64,000 nucleotides of DNA from an uncultured Candidatus Binatia bacterium (GTDB taxonomy: Bacteria > Desulfobacterota > Binatia > Bin18). The notes beneath the pieces are model-generated. The model saw only the letters and a program-made list of their open reading frames with translations, was not told the DNA's origin and did no database searches. The translations under genes and the position numbers were made by a program. Positions 20,174 through 30,445 of this stretch are shown here, piece by piece. The stretch is taken from NCBI GenBank assembly GCA_965214605.1, contig OZ243961.1, positions 672,001 to 736,000 on the forward strand, written 5' to 3'. The first letter of the stretch is position 1; every line of letters starts with the position of its first letter.

Positions 20174-21334
20174 CTAGTCCACCGCCATCACCTTCGTATT
20201 CACAAAATAGGCAAAATCAAACTGGGTGGTCTCCCCGACCCCTTTGCAGGGTATTGGCAGCAGTCGGGCCGAGAGGGGCTTGGCCAGCTTCCAGCCCAGC
20301 GCCGCCACGTCGCTCAGAACGGCGGCGAGCTGAGCGACGCTCACATCTCCGGCCAGTGGGATGGTATCAAGCCCAGTCCCGCACACCGCAGAGTAGCTGA
20401 GCAGGCTTGACAGCCGTAGCAAGCCCTGATTATTGCGCTCGGCCAGTCCAACATCTTCGAGCACCGGCAGCATTAATCCGCTATACCCACAGGTGTGTAA
20501 GCGCGTCTCCTTTAAGGCCGTCGTAATCTGGGCCGCAATCGCTAAGGTTCCGGGCTCACCAAAACGGCCTAAGCCGAGCCGTTCAATCGCATAGGCAATG
20601 CTTGCCTCCGGACTAGGCCCAGGAGCCGGAGACAGGTCAACGCCTCGAAAAATAAACCCCGCCTTTTGATGTTGCTGGGCAATCTGCTGAAGCGGCCAGA
20701 CTTGGCGTTCCAACTCTTGGACTAGGGCGGCTCGAAAATCGTCCAACGCTTGTCCGGGTTGGGCGGTCGCGGCCACGATATCGGCGGCCTCCAAAGCTAG
20801 GCAAAAAGCAGGTCGACCGTGGTGAAAAGCGGCAGGAAAAAAGGGAATATGGGGACCACAGTTGAGCACTGCAGCAAAGCGCAGATTACCAAACCCATCG
20901 GCTGTGGTCCGGGAGATAGTCCGGATCGTTTGACCAATTGTCCGAGCGATTGAGCGTGGTAGGGGATGGTCGGCTTCGGCCAAGACCACGCTGGTAAAAA
21001 CCGTGCTGGTCTCGCCAATCAGCTGTGGCACAAGCCCAAACAACGCCTGCTCCGCGGTTCGTTGAGGATTGACCGGCCCGATCGAGCAATATTCTATGCC
21101 GTTTTCCCAACAACAGACTTCTAAGTCTTTGGCAAATTTCAGGACCTCGGTCTCGGTCCGATCGCCTAGAAAGGTGGGAAACGGAGACGTTGCCAGACGG
21201 ATAGTCTGCACCGCAACGCCGGCTGCCTCGTACTCGGAACGCAGACTTGAGGCAAAACGTCCTGCCGCAGCGATCTGTTGACTCTGGAGCGGCAGCCTAG
21301 GGTCCAGACCGACAGTAATGGAACGCACCTTCAT
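20174..21334 (-). CDS. DUF711/UPF0210 family protein
   Basis: VQTIRLAT, PFFPAAFH, GYSGLMLPVLED, SAVCGTGLDTIPL, KPLSARLLP. Confidence 0.85.
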   Translation of the reverse strand: MKVRSITVGLDPRLPLQSQQIAAAGRFASSLRSEYEAAGVAVQTIRLATSPFPTFLGDRTETEVLKFAKDLEVCCWENGIEYCSIGPVNPQRTAEQALFGLVPQLIGETSTVFTSVVLAEADHPLPRSIARTIGQTIRTISRTTADGFGNLRFAAVLNCGPHIPFFPAAFHHGRPAFCLALEAADIVAATAQPGQALDDFRAALVQELERQVWPLQQIAQQHQKAGFIFRGVDLSPAPGPSPEASIAYAIERLGLGRFGEPGTLAIAAQITTALKETRLHTCGYSGLMLPVLEDVGLAERNNQGLLRLSSLLSYSAVCGTGLDTIPLAGDVSVAQLAAVLSDVAALGWKLAKPLSARLLPIPCKGVGETTQFDFAYFVNTKVMAVD

Positions 21335-21392
21335 GACAGTTACTTATTAGCATTCTCTGTCTTCAGAGACTACTCCGCACCAGGGATTACAA

Positions 21393-21421
21393 TTGCAAAA
21401 AATGAATATAGTCAATATAAT
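21393..21421 (+). promoter_or_regulatory. Near-consensus sigma70 promoter
   Basis: TTGCAA(21393)-17 nt-TATAAT(21416) in an AT-rich patch; ATG at 21440. Confidence 0.7.
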
Positions 21422-21439
21422 TAGAAAGAAAAATCTCAT

Positions 21440-21988
21440 ATGGCAAAAGACAAAACAATACCACTCCCCCTCTCCTCCTTTCAGACACTACCGGAAGGCA
21501 ACGAAGTCCAAATCAAGCTTACCCGCCGTCCGCCCTGGCAACCCTCGCCCCGCCTGCCCGACTACTTGCTTGAAGATGAGCTCAACAAACTCATGGACCC
21601 GCGTGAGTGGAAGGTCTACCGGGCCTTATGGCGTCATTCGATCGGTTTGCGCCGGACGCCGCTGATTACCGCCGGTTATGCAGAAGTCAGCGAAATGACC
21701 GGCCTCTCAAGGGCTTCTGTCATCCGGTCTCTCAAGGGCCTCATGAAAAAACGCTATGTGGTCCGGATTATTTCCCCACAGTCAGCCGGCGAGAGCCGCC
21801 TTGAGCAGGCTCGGCTGCCGCGCAAACCGCGGGATGGCCACCGCTACTTGGTGTGTACCTATCGTGAGGTGATCGAGGGCCGATTACGGGATGGAACCCC
21901 GCTCAAAGATATTCCCGAAGGGGGACTGTATCCCGAAGAGATTCAGGTCTTTCGCAAGGAGGGGCAGGAATCGTTGTTCTCTGAGTAG
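21440..21988 (+). CDS. Hypothetical winged-helix DNA-binding protein (replication-initiator/HTH_36-like)
   Basis: EWKVYRALWRHS..AGYAEVSEMTGLSRASVIRSLKGLMKKRYV wHTH pattern; own promoter. Confidence 0.6.
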   Translation: MAKDKTIPLPLSSFQTLPEGNEVQIKLTRRPPWQPSPRLPDYLLEDELNKLMDPREWKVYRALWRHSIGLRRTPLITAGYAEVSEMTGLSRASVIRSLKGLMKKRYVVRIISPQSAGESRLEQARLPRKPRDGHRYLVCTYREVIEGRLRDGTPLKDIPEGGLYPEEIQVFRKEGQESLFSE

Positions 21989-22194
21989 CCTCTTGCACAT
22001 TACACCTAGATGGGGCATCTTCAGAAGGAAGATGGGCAAAGCCATAATCCGCAAACGTGCGAAAAGATAATTTCATCTTCAGATATAATAATAGAGGAAT
22101 AATCGTCACGATCCATACTTACCTGCCTCTCACCTGCAACACGAATACGGGTGGATAGAGGCGGCAGGTCAAAAACCACACTGAGTGGAGACGA

Positions 22195-22917
22195 ATGTTC
22201 ATACGGCACAGTATTTTTTTCTTTATCGTCCTGAGCTGGTTGTGGCTGGTTCTGCCGTCGCTCGTTCAGGCTCAATTTTTGTCTCAGGGTGAGCGGATTG
22301 GAAGCCAAATGACCGGTGACAGAGCCCGTGACCGGGTCGACCGCAAGAAAAAGGGGGCGAATATCTCCGAGTGGGTGAGGCGGCTAAACAACGACCGGCC
22401 CGATACCCGTCTGGAAGCCGTCAGATCTCTGGGCGATTCCAAAGATCCCCTAGCCATTGAACATTTGGTCAACGCAACCGCAGATATTGATATCCGGGTC
22501 AAAATTAAAGCTATCGAATATCTCGGCAATCTACGGGCCACAGATGCGACTCCGATTCTGGCCCAACAACTCTTTTTACGAGACACCCACCTAGGAGTGA
22601 AAAAGAAGGCCTTGATTGCCCTGGGAAAAATCGGAGATCCGCGCGGGGCAGAGCCCATCATTGAATTCATGCGGCGTGATCTCGACGAAAACACCAAAGG
22701 CGTCGCCATCTATGCTCTCCGCGATGTAGGGAACGAACAAGTCCTGGTCTTTCTTGATAATATGGCCGAAGACGATTCTTCCCAGCCGATTAAGAAATTA
22801 GCTGCACGGGCAGCTACCGATATCCGTAATCGACTGTCGCCTGAATTCGAACCGGTTGTTCCAACCTATATCATGCAGGTCGAGTTACGAAACAAGGCAG
22901 AACAGGGCGAACGATAA
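22195..22917 (+). CDS. Exported HEAT-repeat protein
   Basis: Signal peptide (..LVQA), repeated RLEAVRSLG / KAIEYLG / KALIALGKIGD helices. Confidence 0.8.
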   Translation: MFIRHSIFFFIVLSWLWLVLPSLVQAQFLSQGERIGSQMTGDRARDRVDRKKKGANISEWVRRLNNDRPDTRLEAVRSLGDSKDPLAIEHLVNATADIDIRVKIKAIEYLGNLRATDATPILAQQLFLRDTHLGVKKKALIALGKIGDPRGAEPIIEFMRRDLDENTKGVAIYALRDVGNEQVLVFLDNMAEDDSSQPIKKLAARAATDIRNRLSPEFEPVVPTYIMQVELRNKAEQGER

Positions 22918-22958
22918 GAACGGCGAAAGAGCAACGACGAAAGAGGAATCGGGCAATC

Positions 22959-24389
22959 ATGCGCAACACAATTTTCGCGATCGGTCTGATAGTTTGGATG
23001 CTAGCTTTTGTGGTCCACGCCTCAGACCACGAGCCTAGCTCTGACTCTAATGTTGTGGCGCCAAACCTCTCGACTACCCTTCCCCCGCTGGTTAACACTG
23101 CCAAAAAAGCCAAGCGGTCGGTAGTAAACATCTCTACCACGCAGAAACTCCAGCGCCGGAGCAGCCGACAACGTCGGCCTGGTCCGTTTGGTGGCGAAGA
23201 TCCGTTTGAAGAATTTTTTCGACGTTTTTTTCCAGATCCCTCACCAGATCAACCCCGGAGCCTAGGATCCGGCTTCATCATCAGCGAAGACGGCTACATC
23301 GTAACGAATAATCACGTCATTGGTGAGGCGGACAAGATCACCGTTCGCCTGTCAGACGAAGAGGAATACCAGGCAACAGTCATTGGCTCAGATCAGCGGA
23401 CCGATCTGGCCCTGATTAAGATTGAGCCGAGCAGCAAGCTGACCGCTATCCCCCTGGGCGATTCCGAAGCCCTCCAAGTCGGGGACTGGGTCATGGCCAT
23501 CGGCAACCCGTTCGGTCTTGAGCAGACGGTCACAGTCGGTATCGTTAGTGCCAAAGGTCGGGTGATTGGAGCTGGTCCTTACGACGACTTTATTCAAACC
23601 GACGCCTCAATCAATCCGGGCAACTCTGGCGGTCCGCTCCTCAACCTCCAAGGTGAGGTCGTCGGCATCAACTCGGCAATCTTTAGCCGCGGTGGAGGCA
23701 ATATCGGTATTGGCTTTGCCATCCCCATTGGCCAAGCCAGGTCAATTATTGCTCAACTCAGAGAGAGCGGCAAAGTCACTCGTGGCTGGTTGGGGGTCAT
23801 GATCCAGCCAGTGACCAAAGAGCTGGCCGACTCCTTTGGTTTGGAAGAACCCAAAGGCGCGCTGATCGCCGAGGTCACCGAGGGGAGCCCAGCCCAACGG
23901 TCTGGCTTAGAGCGGGGAGACGTCATTACGGCTTTTAACGGACAGACGATTAACGATTCACGCGACCTGCCGGCTCTGGTTGCCGACGCCCAGGTTGGCT
24001 CCGAGGCAGAGGTCAGGCTGTTACGCGGCGGACAGGAGAAAGACGTGTCAGTCAAACTCGGCGAGCTCCCCGAGCAGCTAGCACGCCGCAGACCGGCACA
24101 GGAGAGCTGGGGCATGACCGTGGCAAATATCACGCCCGATATCGCCCGCCAGTTCCAACTTGATACCGCTCGCAAAGGCGTGATTGTAACCGCGGTCGAG
24201 CCCGGCAGTCCAGCCGCAACAGCCGGGATTCAACCCGGCGACCTGATTGAGGAAGTTAACCGCAAAACGATTACCTCAATCGATGAATTCAGCAGGGCCA
24301 TTGCCGATCTCAAAGATGATGACACCCTACTCATCCTAGCCCGGCGGGGAACGTTCACCTCCTTCTTTGCTCTCAAGAAATCAGGCTGA
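22959..24389 (+). CDS. degP: DegP/DegQ (HtrA) periplasmic serine protease with 2 PDZ domains
   Basis: GSGFII, TNNHV, DLAL, QTDASINPGNSGGPL, two PDZ domains. Confidence 0.93.
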   Translation: MRNTIFAIGLIVWMLAFVVHASDHEPSSDSNVVAPNLSTTLPPLVNTAKKAKRSVVNISTTQKLQRRSSRQRRPGPFGGEDPFEEFFRRFFPDPSPDQPRSLGSGFIISEDGYIVTNNHVIGEADKITVRLSDEEEYQATVIGSDQRTDLALIKIEPSSKLTAIPLGDSEALQVGDWVMAIGNPFGLEQTVTVGIVSAKGRVIGAGPYDDFIQTDASINPGNSGGPLLNLQGEVVGINSAIFSRGGGNIGIGFAIPIGQARSIIAQLRESGKVTRGWLGVMIQPVTKELADSFGLEEPKGALIAEVTEGSPAQRSGLERGDVITAFNGQTINDSRDLPALVADAQVGSEAEVRLLRGGQEKDVSVKLGELPEQLARRRPAQESWGMTVANITPDIARQFQLDTARKGVIVTAVEPGSPAATAGIQPGDLIEEVNRKTITSIDEFSRAIADLKDDDTLLILARRGTFTSFFALKKSG

Positions 24390-24846
24390 CTTCGTACCCG
24401 GGGCTGGAAAGGAGAAGGCAGGAGAATCCAAATACCTATTGCTGTCCACTACAGTGTTCAACTTTCAATTCTTCCCCTCTTCATAGGACGTGAGCATTGA
24501 TCGCTACGCACTTGTCATCATGGGCAGCGACACGTATTTTGAGGTGGACAAGACCTCTCCGATCGCCACTATCCCCGGAACGGAACTCAGAAGATGTGAC
24601 GTGGTCCGAGTCAATGACGACAACTGTTCCGGTTTAATCTTGCCCCCTTCCTTCCCCCTCAACAGATCGCGTCCGTACTTCCACTCTGGCCGCAAAACGC
24701 TCCAGCACCGTGCTCCACCGGCACGGCCGAGGCAGGACAACACTGGGTCAGCTCATTTCCACTGGCCAGGGAAGGTTGAAGCCGAAGTAAGGACGAGGTG
24801 TGGTGGGGCCAGCACAGTTCAGGGGCCACGTTTCCCTGCATCCGGA

Positions 24847-27168
24847 CTATATCTCTGAGGGTCGGTTTTTCACCACTGGGGGTGTGAAGACCGTGACAGG
24901 CGGAAGGATACCCTGATATGCCTCGACCTCGACCAAGGCCGTGTGGGCACTCGACCCCTGGGCGAGCTGAGAGGTGCCTTTATCAAGCGTCAGCACGTTG
25001 GGGTTGCCGTTTTTTTCCAGCGTTCCCGGCACCCCGGGCTCCAAGGGATCGTACCAGGCTCCGGTTGCGAGCTGGACGACCGACGGCTGGACCTTTGGCG
25101 TGACCACAGCTCCGGCCAAACACTGGCCGCGGTCGTTGAAAACCCGGACCACCGTACCGCTTCGAATCCCGCGCTTGGCTGCGTCTTGGGGGTGTATCCA
25201 GATTGGCTCACGCCCAGCAACCTTGGCCTCTTGGCTGACAACGCCCTGATCGAGCTGACTGTGCAGGCGGGTGACCGGTTGGTTAGAAATTAGATGAAGG
25301 GGATACTGTTTGGCCCGCTCACTCCCCAACCATTCGACGGGTTCCAGCCAGACTGGGTGGGGCGGACAGTCGTCATACGCATAGGAGGCGATCCGCGCCG
25401 ACCAGATCTCGATTTTTCCCGACGGCGTTGTCAACGGATGCGCCTGGGGGTCCCGACGGAAGGCTGCTAGAAAAAGCTGAGGGTCGTGCGGATCCGGCAA
25501 CTCAAATAAGCCTGTTTGCCAAAACTGGTCAAACTCCGGCATAGCCACTCCCCGCTCAGCCGCGCGGCTCTGTGAGCGGCGGTACAGATGACGGAGCCAA
25601 CCCATCTCGTCTCGGCCTTCGGTAAAACGCTCGGCAAAGCCAAGCCGCCCGGCTAGAGCGGCGAAAATGGCATGGTCGCTGCGTGCCGCACCAATCGGTG
25701 CCACAGCCTGTTTATTGGCCAGCAGAAAGCCATCTCGGGGAGTACTGACCAGATCATTGCGTTCAAGCGGCGTGGTCGCCGGCAGGACAATATCCGCGTG
25801 CCGCGCCATCGGCGTCCACCATGGCTCATGGACGATGACCGTCTCCGGCTTTTGCCAGGCCCGCAGCAATCGGTTCAGATCCTGGTGGTGATGAAATACA
25901 TTGCCGCCAGCCCAGTAAATGAGTCGAATATCGGGGTACAGATAGTGCTCGCCATTGTAGGCAAACAGGCCACCGGGGTTCAGCAACATGTCGGCAATCC
26001 GGGCAACAGGAATAATCTCCTCGACCGGGTTTGTACCCCGATCCAGTACCGCCCAGTTGAGCCGATTGGTGTGTGCCCCTACGGTGGAGACCGAGCCATA
26101 GCCATAGCCGAACCCACCACCCGGCAGACCGATTTGGCCCAGTATGGCTGCCAGGCTGACCAGCATCCAGAACGGCTGTTCCCCGTGATCAGCTCGCTGG
26201 AGTGACCATGAGGCCATGACCAGCGTCCGCTTGGCCGCCATCCGGCGGGCTAACCTACGGATCGTCCGGGCCTCAATCCCGGTAATGGAGGCTGCCCAGT
26301 CGGCGTCTTTGGGCTGGCCGTCGCTGTCTCCCATCACGTATGGCCTAAACTTTTCAAACCCAACACAGCAGCGGGTCAGAAAGACTGCGTCGTGGAGCCC
26401 CTCAGCGATCAGGGTGTGGGTCAGTCCCAACATTAGGGCCACATCCGTATTCGGACGCGGGATGAGCCACTCGGCTCCCAGAAACTCGGCCGCATCGTCT
26501 TTGACCGGCCCGAGATACACAAACTCAACCCCCGCCCGCTGACACGCCCGCAGGCCGTCGTAGGTCCGGTGACGTACGACCCCGCCGTAGCTGATTTGGG
26601 TATTCTTCAGCGGAATCCCGCCAAACATCACAACAAGTTCAGAGTGTGCAGCGATAGTCGGCCATGACGCCTGGTCGACCAAGAAGCGGAAGAAGTTGCC
26701 CGCTACATATGGCATGATGACATCACCCGCCGCTGTACTATAGGTATTCACCGAACGAACAAAGCCACCAAACTGGCCCAGAAAGCGTTGGAGTTGGGCG
26801 GCTGGGAAGTGGAAAGCGCCGGCACTGCCCCAGCCATACGAGCCGCCATAGATGGCACGGTTGCCGTATGCCTGACGTACTCGGGTCAGTTCGGTCGCAA
26901 CCATGCCCAGCGCGCGGTCCCAGTCCAGAGCGATAAACGGCTCAGTGCCCCGCGTTCCATGGCCAGGCCCATGCTCAAGCCAGCCAGCTCGGACCATCGG
27001 GCAGCGGATGCGCAACTTATCGTCTACGCTCGCAACATACGACCGGCCAAGCGGAGAGGGGTTTGGGTCCTGCGGGAGAGGACGCAGGGCGACTAGCCGC
27101 CCGTCCCGAATTTCGGAATCGTAGCCGCCCCAGTGAAGGGCGGTCCGGACGAGGGAGGGAGCAGGCAT
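24847..27168 (-). CDS. Mo-bisPGD oxidoreductase, BisC/TorA/DorA (S-/N-oxide reductase) type, no Tat leader
   Basis: HWG start, GGSYGWGSAG, Ser-ligand region NTYSTAA, QRADHGEQ, RLHSQ, NVLTLDKGTSQLAQG. Confidence 0.88.
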   Translation of the reverse strand: MPAPSLVRTALHWGGYDSEIRDGRLVALRPLPQDPNPSPLGRSYVASVDDKLRIRCPMVRAGWLEHGPGHGTRGTEPFIALDWDRALGMVATELTRVRQAYGNRAIYGGSYGWGSAGAFHFPAAQLQRFLGQFGGFVRSVNTYSTAAGDVIMPYVAGNFFRFLVDQASWPTIAAHSELVVMFGGIPLKNTQISYGGVVRHRTYDGLRACQRAGVEFVYLGPVKDDAAEFLGAEWLIPRPNTDVALMLGLTHTLIAEGLHDAVFLTRCCVGFEKFRPYVMGDSDGQPKDADWAASITGIEARTIRRLARRMAAKRTLVMASWSLQRADHGEQPFWMLVSLAAILGQIGLPGGGFGYGYGSVSTVGAHTNRLNWAVLDRGTNPVEEIIPVARIADMLLNPGGLFAYNGEHYLYPDIRLIYWAGGNVFHHHQDLNRLLRAWQKPETVIVHEPWWTPMARHADIVLPATTPLERNDLVSTPRDGFLLANKQAVAPIGAARSDHAIFAALAGRLGFAERFTEGRDEMGWLRHLYRRSQSRAAERGVAMPEFDQFWQTGLFELPDPHDPQLFLAAFRRDPQAHPLTTPSGKIEIWSARIASYAYDDCPPHPVWLEPVEWLGSERAKQYPLHLISNQPVTRLHSQLDQGVVSQEAKVAGREPIWIHPQDAAKRGIRSGTVVRVFNDRGQCLAGAVVTPKVQPSVVQLATGAWYDPLEPGVPGTLEKNGNPNVLTLDKGTSQLAQGSSAHTALVEVEAYQGILPPVTVFTPPVVKNRPSEI

Positions 27169-27191
27169 CTTGTCGACTCGGCTTGGGGTGG

Positions 27192-27560
27192 TTAGGGCTC
27201 GGCCCGTTGTTGGGTAATCATCGCCAATACAGGGGTGGCAAAGGGCCTGCCCATCAGCACGTCAAAGGCGGTGATCACTGCCTGTCGATCGACGAGGCGT
27301 AAAAGAAGCTCTCTCTCCCGGACAGGTGTCTCAGCGGCAAAAAACCGCTGCTGACATGCACACTGCCAAGGCCGTGGCGGAAACTCCAGTCTGCCCTGGG
27401 TACTACAGGTCCAAGCGGTATACTCTTTTCCCCAAAAATGTTCTAAACCGCGTAATGCTCTTGCCTTGGACACCGTCAGATCAAGACTGACGGTTGATTC
27501 GTCAACATCCGTCGCAGGTTCACAGCAGTCGAAGTGCCAGGCAATGAGTTGGTCCCCCAT
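27192..27560 (-). CDS. Hypothetical protein (Cys-containing)
   Basis: 122-aa ORF with GGAGGAG RBS, tightly packed between operon genes. Confidence 0.65.
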   Translation of the reverse strand: MGDQLIAWHFDCCEPATDVDESTVSLDLTVSKARALRGLEHFWGKEYTAWTCSTQGRLEFPPRPWQCACQQRFFAAETPVRERELLLRLVDRQAVITAFDVLMGRPFATPVLAMITQQRAEP

Positions 27561-27574
27561 AGACTCCTCCCATT

Positions 27575-29323
27575 TTAATCTGCCGCGACCGCCGGCTCAA
27601 GACGCGCTTGACGCACGACCCGTGTCTGCTCCCAGTCGATCGTGACAGCTTGGGGATCAATCACCACCCCGTACTGCTCACGTGCGCCGGCAATGGTCAG
27701 CTTCTCGTCTCTCACATCGGCCAGGACCTTCTCGGGTTCGCGCTCAAAGGGATTCCCGTGCCCGCCAGACGCACACACAACGTGGTAAATACTGTCGCCC
27801 GGCCCCACGTCCAGATGCATATGCGCTTTACGCGGAAGTTCTTCATTGGTGTCGCCTGAGCTCAAAATATTGGTAGACAAGGCGCCCGGCTGTCCCCCGG
27901 CCATGCCCTCAGACGCCCGCAACAACCTATTGGTTCGAACCATGGCTTTGCCCGACCTCAGAAAACGCCACTGCTTGTAGATCGATAAGGAGCCCCGATA
28001 CTTACCCGGTCCGGCCGTATCCGGCACATAACCAAAACCGTCAATAACAACCGGATATTCGCGTTCGAGCAATTCGGCCGGAATAGTGCCGTAGGAGCCA
28101 AACGACATGGGAGCAACGCCGTCGATGCCGTCTTTGTTCGGACGTCCTCCCCAACCGCCAAAGAAGATATCCATCATGGCGTACGGCGTACCGTCGGCTT
28201 TCTGCCCGGTCAGATGCAACACATCGCCGCCCTCTCCCGGAATAGGCACTCGCTCGGGCAAAGCCTTAGCCAGGGCCCGGAACAACATGTCAAACACACG
28301 AAAAAACAGCGGGGCCCGCCCGCCTACAGCGGCCGGAAATCGGGGATTGACCAGAGAGCCTGGTTCGGCGATCACTGTGAGGGGTCGAATGAAGCCGACG
28401 TTGGGCAGAACGTCCGGACTGACAATACTCTTCACCGCTCCAAAGACCGTCGCCTTGGTCATACTGAGCGGGAGGTTAATCGCGCCTCTTGCTTGGGGAC
28501 TGGTACCGGTAAAATCCGCAGTCAGCGTATCTCCGGCAATGCGCAAAGCTAGCTTCAGGACCAGGGCCGCACTATCAGTGCCAAAGCCGTCGTCCTCAAA
28601 CACATCTTCGTGTACATATTCTCCGGGCGGAATCTCGCGCAGCGCCGACCGCGTTGCCCGCTCGGCGTAATCAATCAGATAATCACACGAGGATTGATAA
28701 GTTTGTAAACCGTACTTATCGAGCAGGCTACGGATCTCTTGCTCACCCCGCCAGCAGCCGGCAATCTTGGCTTCCACATCGCCCAGCCACTCGTCCGACA
28801 CCCGGACATTGGCCAAAATCGTATCCAGCAGGGCGTCATTACGTTCCCCAGCCTGGTACAGTTTGACAACCGGGAGCCGCAGGCCTTCTTCAAACGTCTC
28901 GGTACACTGGCTACTAAACCCGCCCGGAAAGCGGCCGCCAATATCAGTATGGTGGGAGTAGGCCAGGGTGAAGGCGACTAGCTGATCGTTCCAAAAGGCC
29001 GGGGCAATAATCGCCACGTCCGGCATGTGGGTCACCCCGGCATACGGATCATTGACCACCACTACGTCGCCGGGCTGAAACGTGCCGCCAAACTTTTCCA
29101 GGAGGTAGGGCATCATGGCCATAAAGAACGACAGCTGAAACGGCGCAGCATAGCCCTGGCCCAATAGACGACCCTGGCCGTCGCAGATAGCGGTGGCAAA
29201 GTCACCGGTCTTGACCATTGCCGAGCGGCCGGTTTTCCACACTGCAATCGCCATCTCTTCGGTGATTGAGGCCAGTTCGTTCTTAATCACCTCAACCAGA
29301 ATGGGATCAAAGCTGCGTTCCAT
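27575..29323 (-). CDS. Hydantoinase B/oxoprolinase family protein
   Basis: DPILVEV, NDPYAGVTHMPD, HHTDIGG, EEGLRLP, GGHGNP; ATG 29323 after AAGGAGG. Confidence 0.9.
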   Translation of the reverse strand: MERSFDPILVEVIKNELASITEEMAIAVWKTGRSAMVKTGDFATAICDGQGRLLGQGYAAPFQLSFFMAMMPYLLEKFGGTFQPGDVVVVNDPYAGVTHMPDVAIIAPAFWNDQLVAFTLAYSHHTDIGGRFPGGFSSQCTETFEEGLRLPVVKLYQAGERNDALLDTILANVRVSDEWLGDVEAKIAGCWRGEQEIRSLLDKYGLQTYQSSCDYLIDYAERATRSALREIPPGEYVHEDVFEDDGFGTDSAALVLKLALRIAGDTLTADFTGTSPQARGAINLPLSMTKATVFGAVKSIVSPDVLPNVGFIRPLTVIAEPGSLVNPRFPAAVGGRAPLFFRVFDMLFRALAKALPERVPIPGEGGDVLHLTGQKADGTPYAMMDIFFGGWGGRPNKDGIDGVAPMSFGSYGTIPAELLEREYPVVIDGFGYVPDTAGPGKYRGSLSIYKQWRFLRSGKAMVRTNRLLRASEGMAGGQPGALSTNILSSGDTNEELPRKAHMHLDVGPGDSIYHVVCASGGHGNPFEREPEKVLADVRDEKLTIAGAREQYGVVIDPQAVTIDWEQTRVVRQARLEPAVAAD

Positions 29324-29351
29324 GCTGCCCTCCTTATTCGACTTGTGAAAC

Positions 29352-30425
29352 CTAGGGGCGCACCTCGTAGTAGGCGTTAAAAGGATTCTCAAAATCGTGA
29401 CGCTTAAACTGGCCAAAACCGGCCTCGGCCGCCATCTTGCGAGCCACCTGTTCGTTAAAGCCCAGCGTACCCAGGCCGGCACCACCGGGCTCTGACATTG
29501 CCGACGACATACAACCCATCACCGAGAAGGCGTAGAACATGCTGGTCAGCGGATTCTTGAGATTTTCCTCGAATGTCGGGGCGCTATTAATATCGGCAAT
29601 AAACCAGGTACCGTCGGACCTGAGGGCTGAGCGAATGGCGCGAATCATGCCAGTGGGGTCTGTCATGTCGTGGATACAGTCAAACGTAGTGATAAAATCC
29701 AGGCTGCCATCAGCCGGCAGACCGTCAGTCTTGGCGTTGTGGAACATCACGTTGGTGAGACCGGAGGTCCGCTTATTCTCCTCAGCCCTGGCTAAGGCGT
29801 GTTGCGAGATATCATAGCCGTGGAACTCAGAACCCGGATACGCTTTGGCCAGCTCAAGCACGGCCACTCCGGCCCCGCAGCCAACATCCGCCGCCCGACC
29901 GCCAACGCGAAGCTTGTCGGTCACGCCGTCGAGTGCGGGCAACACGGTCGACACAAGGGCGGTCCGAAACCAGGGTCCAAACACCCGCTCAATACCGCGG
30001 GCGCCTTGGGCACCACGGGCGTCGTAAGGCAGGCCCAAGCCGGTCCGGAAGGACTCAGGCAGCCGTTCCAAGAGCATCATCCGTTGCGGCAAATCGCTGA
30101 AAATACCGGCCGCAAACTTGGGACTGTTCTCATCGGCCAGGAGTATGCCCATCTCGGCAGACAGCTCAAAGTGCCCGTTACCGCGATACTCGACTAAACC
30201 GGCGGCGGCCTGGCCGTGGATCCACTCCCGCACCCAGCGTTCATGCAGGCCGGTCTTGTCGGCTAACTGCTGGCTGTTCATCTGTCCGGCGCCCCGGAGT
30301 GCCTGATACAGGCCAAGGGCGTCGCCAAGATGAATCATGGCCGAGATAAGCGCGCCCTTCAAATGTCCAAAAATTTTTTGTCCGGCGTCTTTCAACGCGT
30401 CCGGATCAATAGTGCTATTCGCCAT
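29352..30425 (-). CDS. Class I SAM-dependent methyltransferase with N-terminal wHTH (Rv2258c-like)
   Basis: GDALGLY, ERWVREW, DVGCGAG, FDCIHDM, GAGLGT, NPFNAYYE; ATG 30425. Confidence 0.88.
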   Translation of the reverse strand: MANSTIDPDALKDAGQKIFGHLKGALISAMIHLGDALGLYQALRGAGQMNSQQLADKTGLHERWVREWIHGQAAAGLVEYRGNGHFELSAEMGILLADENSPKFAAGIFSDLPQRMMLLERLPESFRTGLGLPYDARGAQGARGIERVFGPWFRTALVSTVLPALDGVTDKLRVGGRAADVGCGAGVAVLELAKAYPGSEFHGYDISQHALARAEENKRTSGLTNVMFHNAKTDGLPADGSLDFITTFDCIHDMTDPTGMIRAIRSALRSDGTWFIADINSAPTFEENLKNPLTSMFYAFSVMGCMSSAMSEPGGAGLGTLGFNEQVARKMAAEAGFGQFKRHDFENPFNAYYEVRP

Positions 30426-30445
30426 ACTCAATTCCCTTGTGTAGC

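Noticed and set aside
22005-22060. Hairpin followed by GGCAAAGCC resembling a c-di-GMP-I riboswitch
   Set aside because: It lacks the GGCAAAC start, the GNRA loop/receptor and a recognisable second stem.
24400-24846. ORF 24490-24858 or a possible gene relic between degP and the Mo enzyme
   Set aside because: No recognisable motif in any frame; left unassigned.
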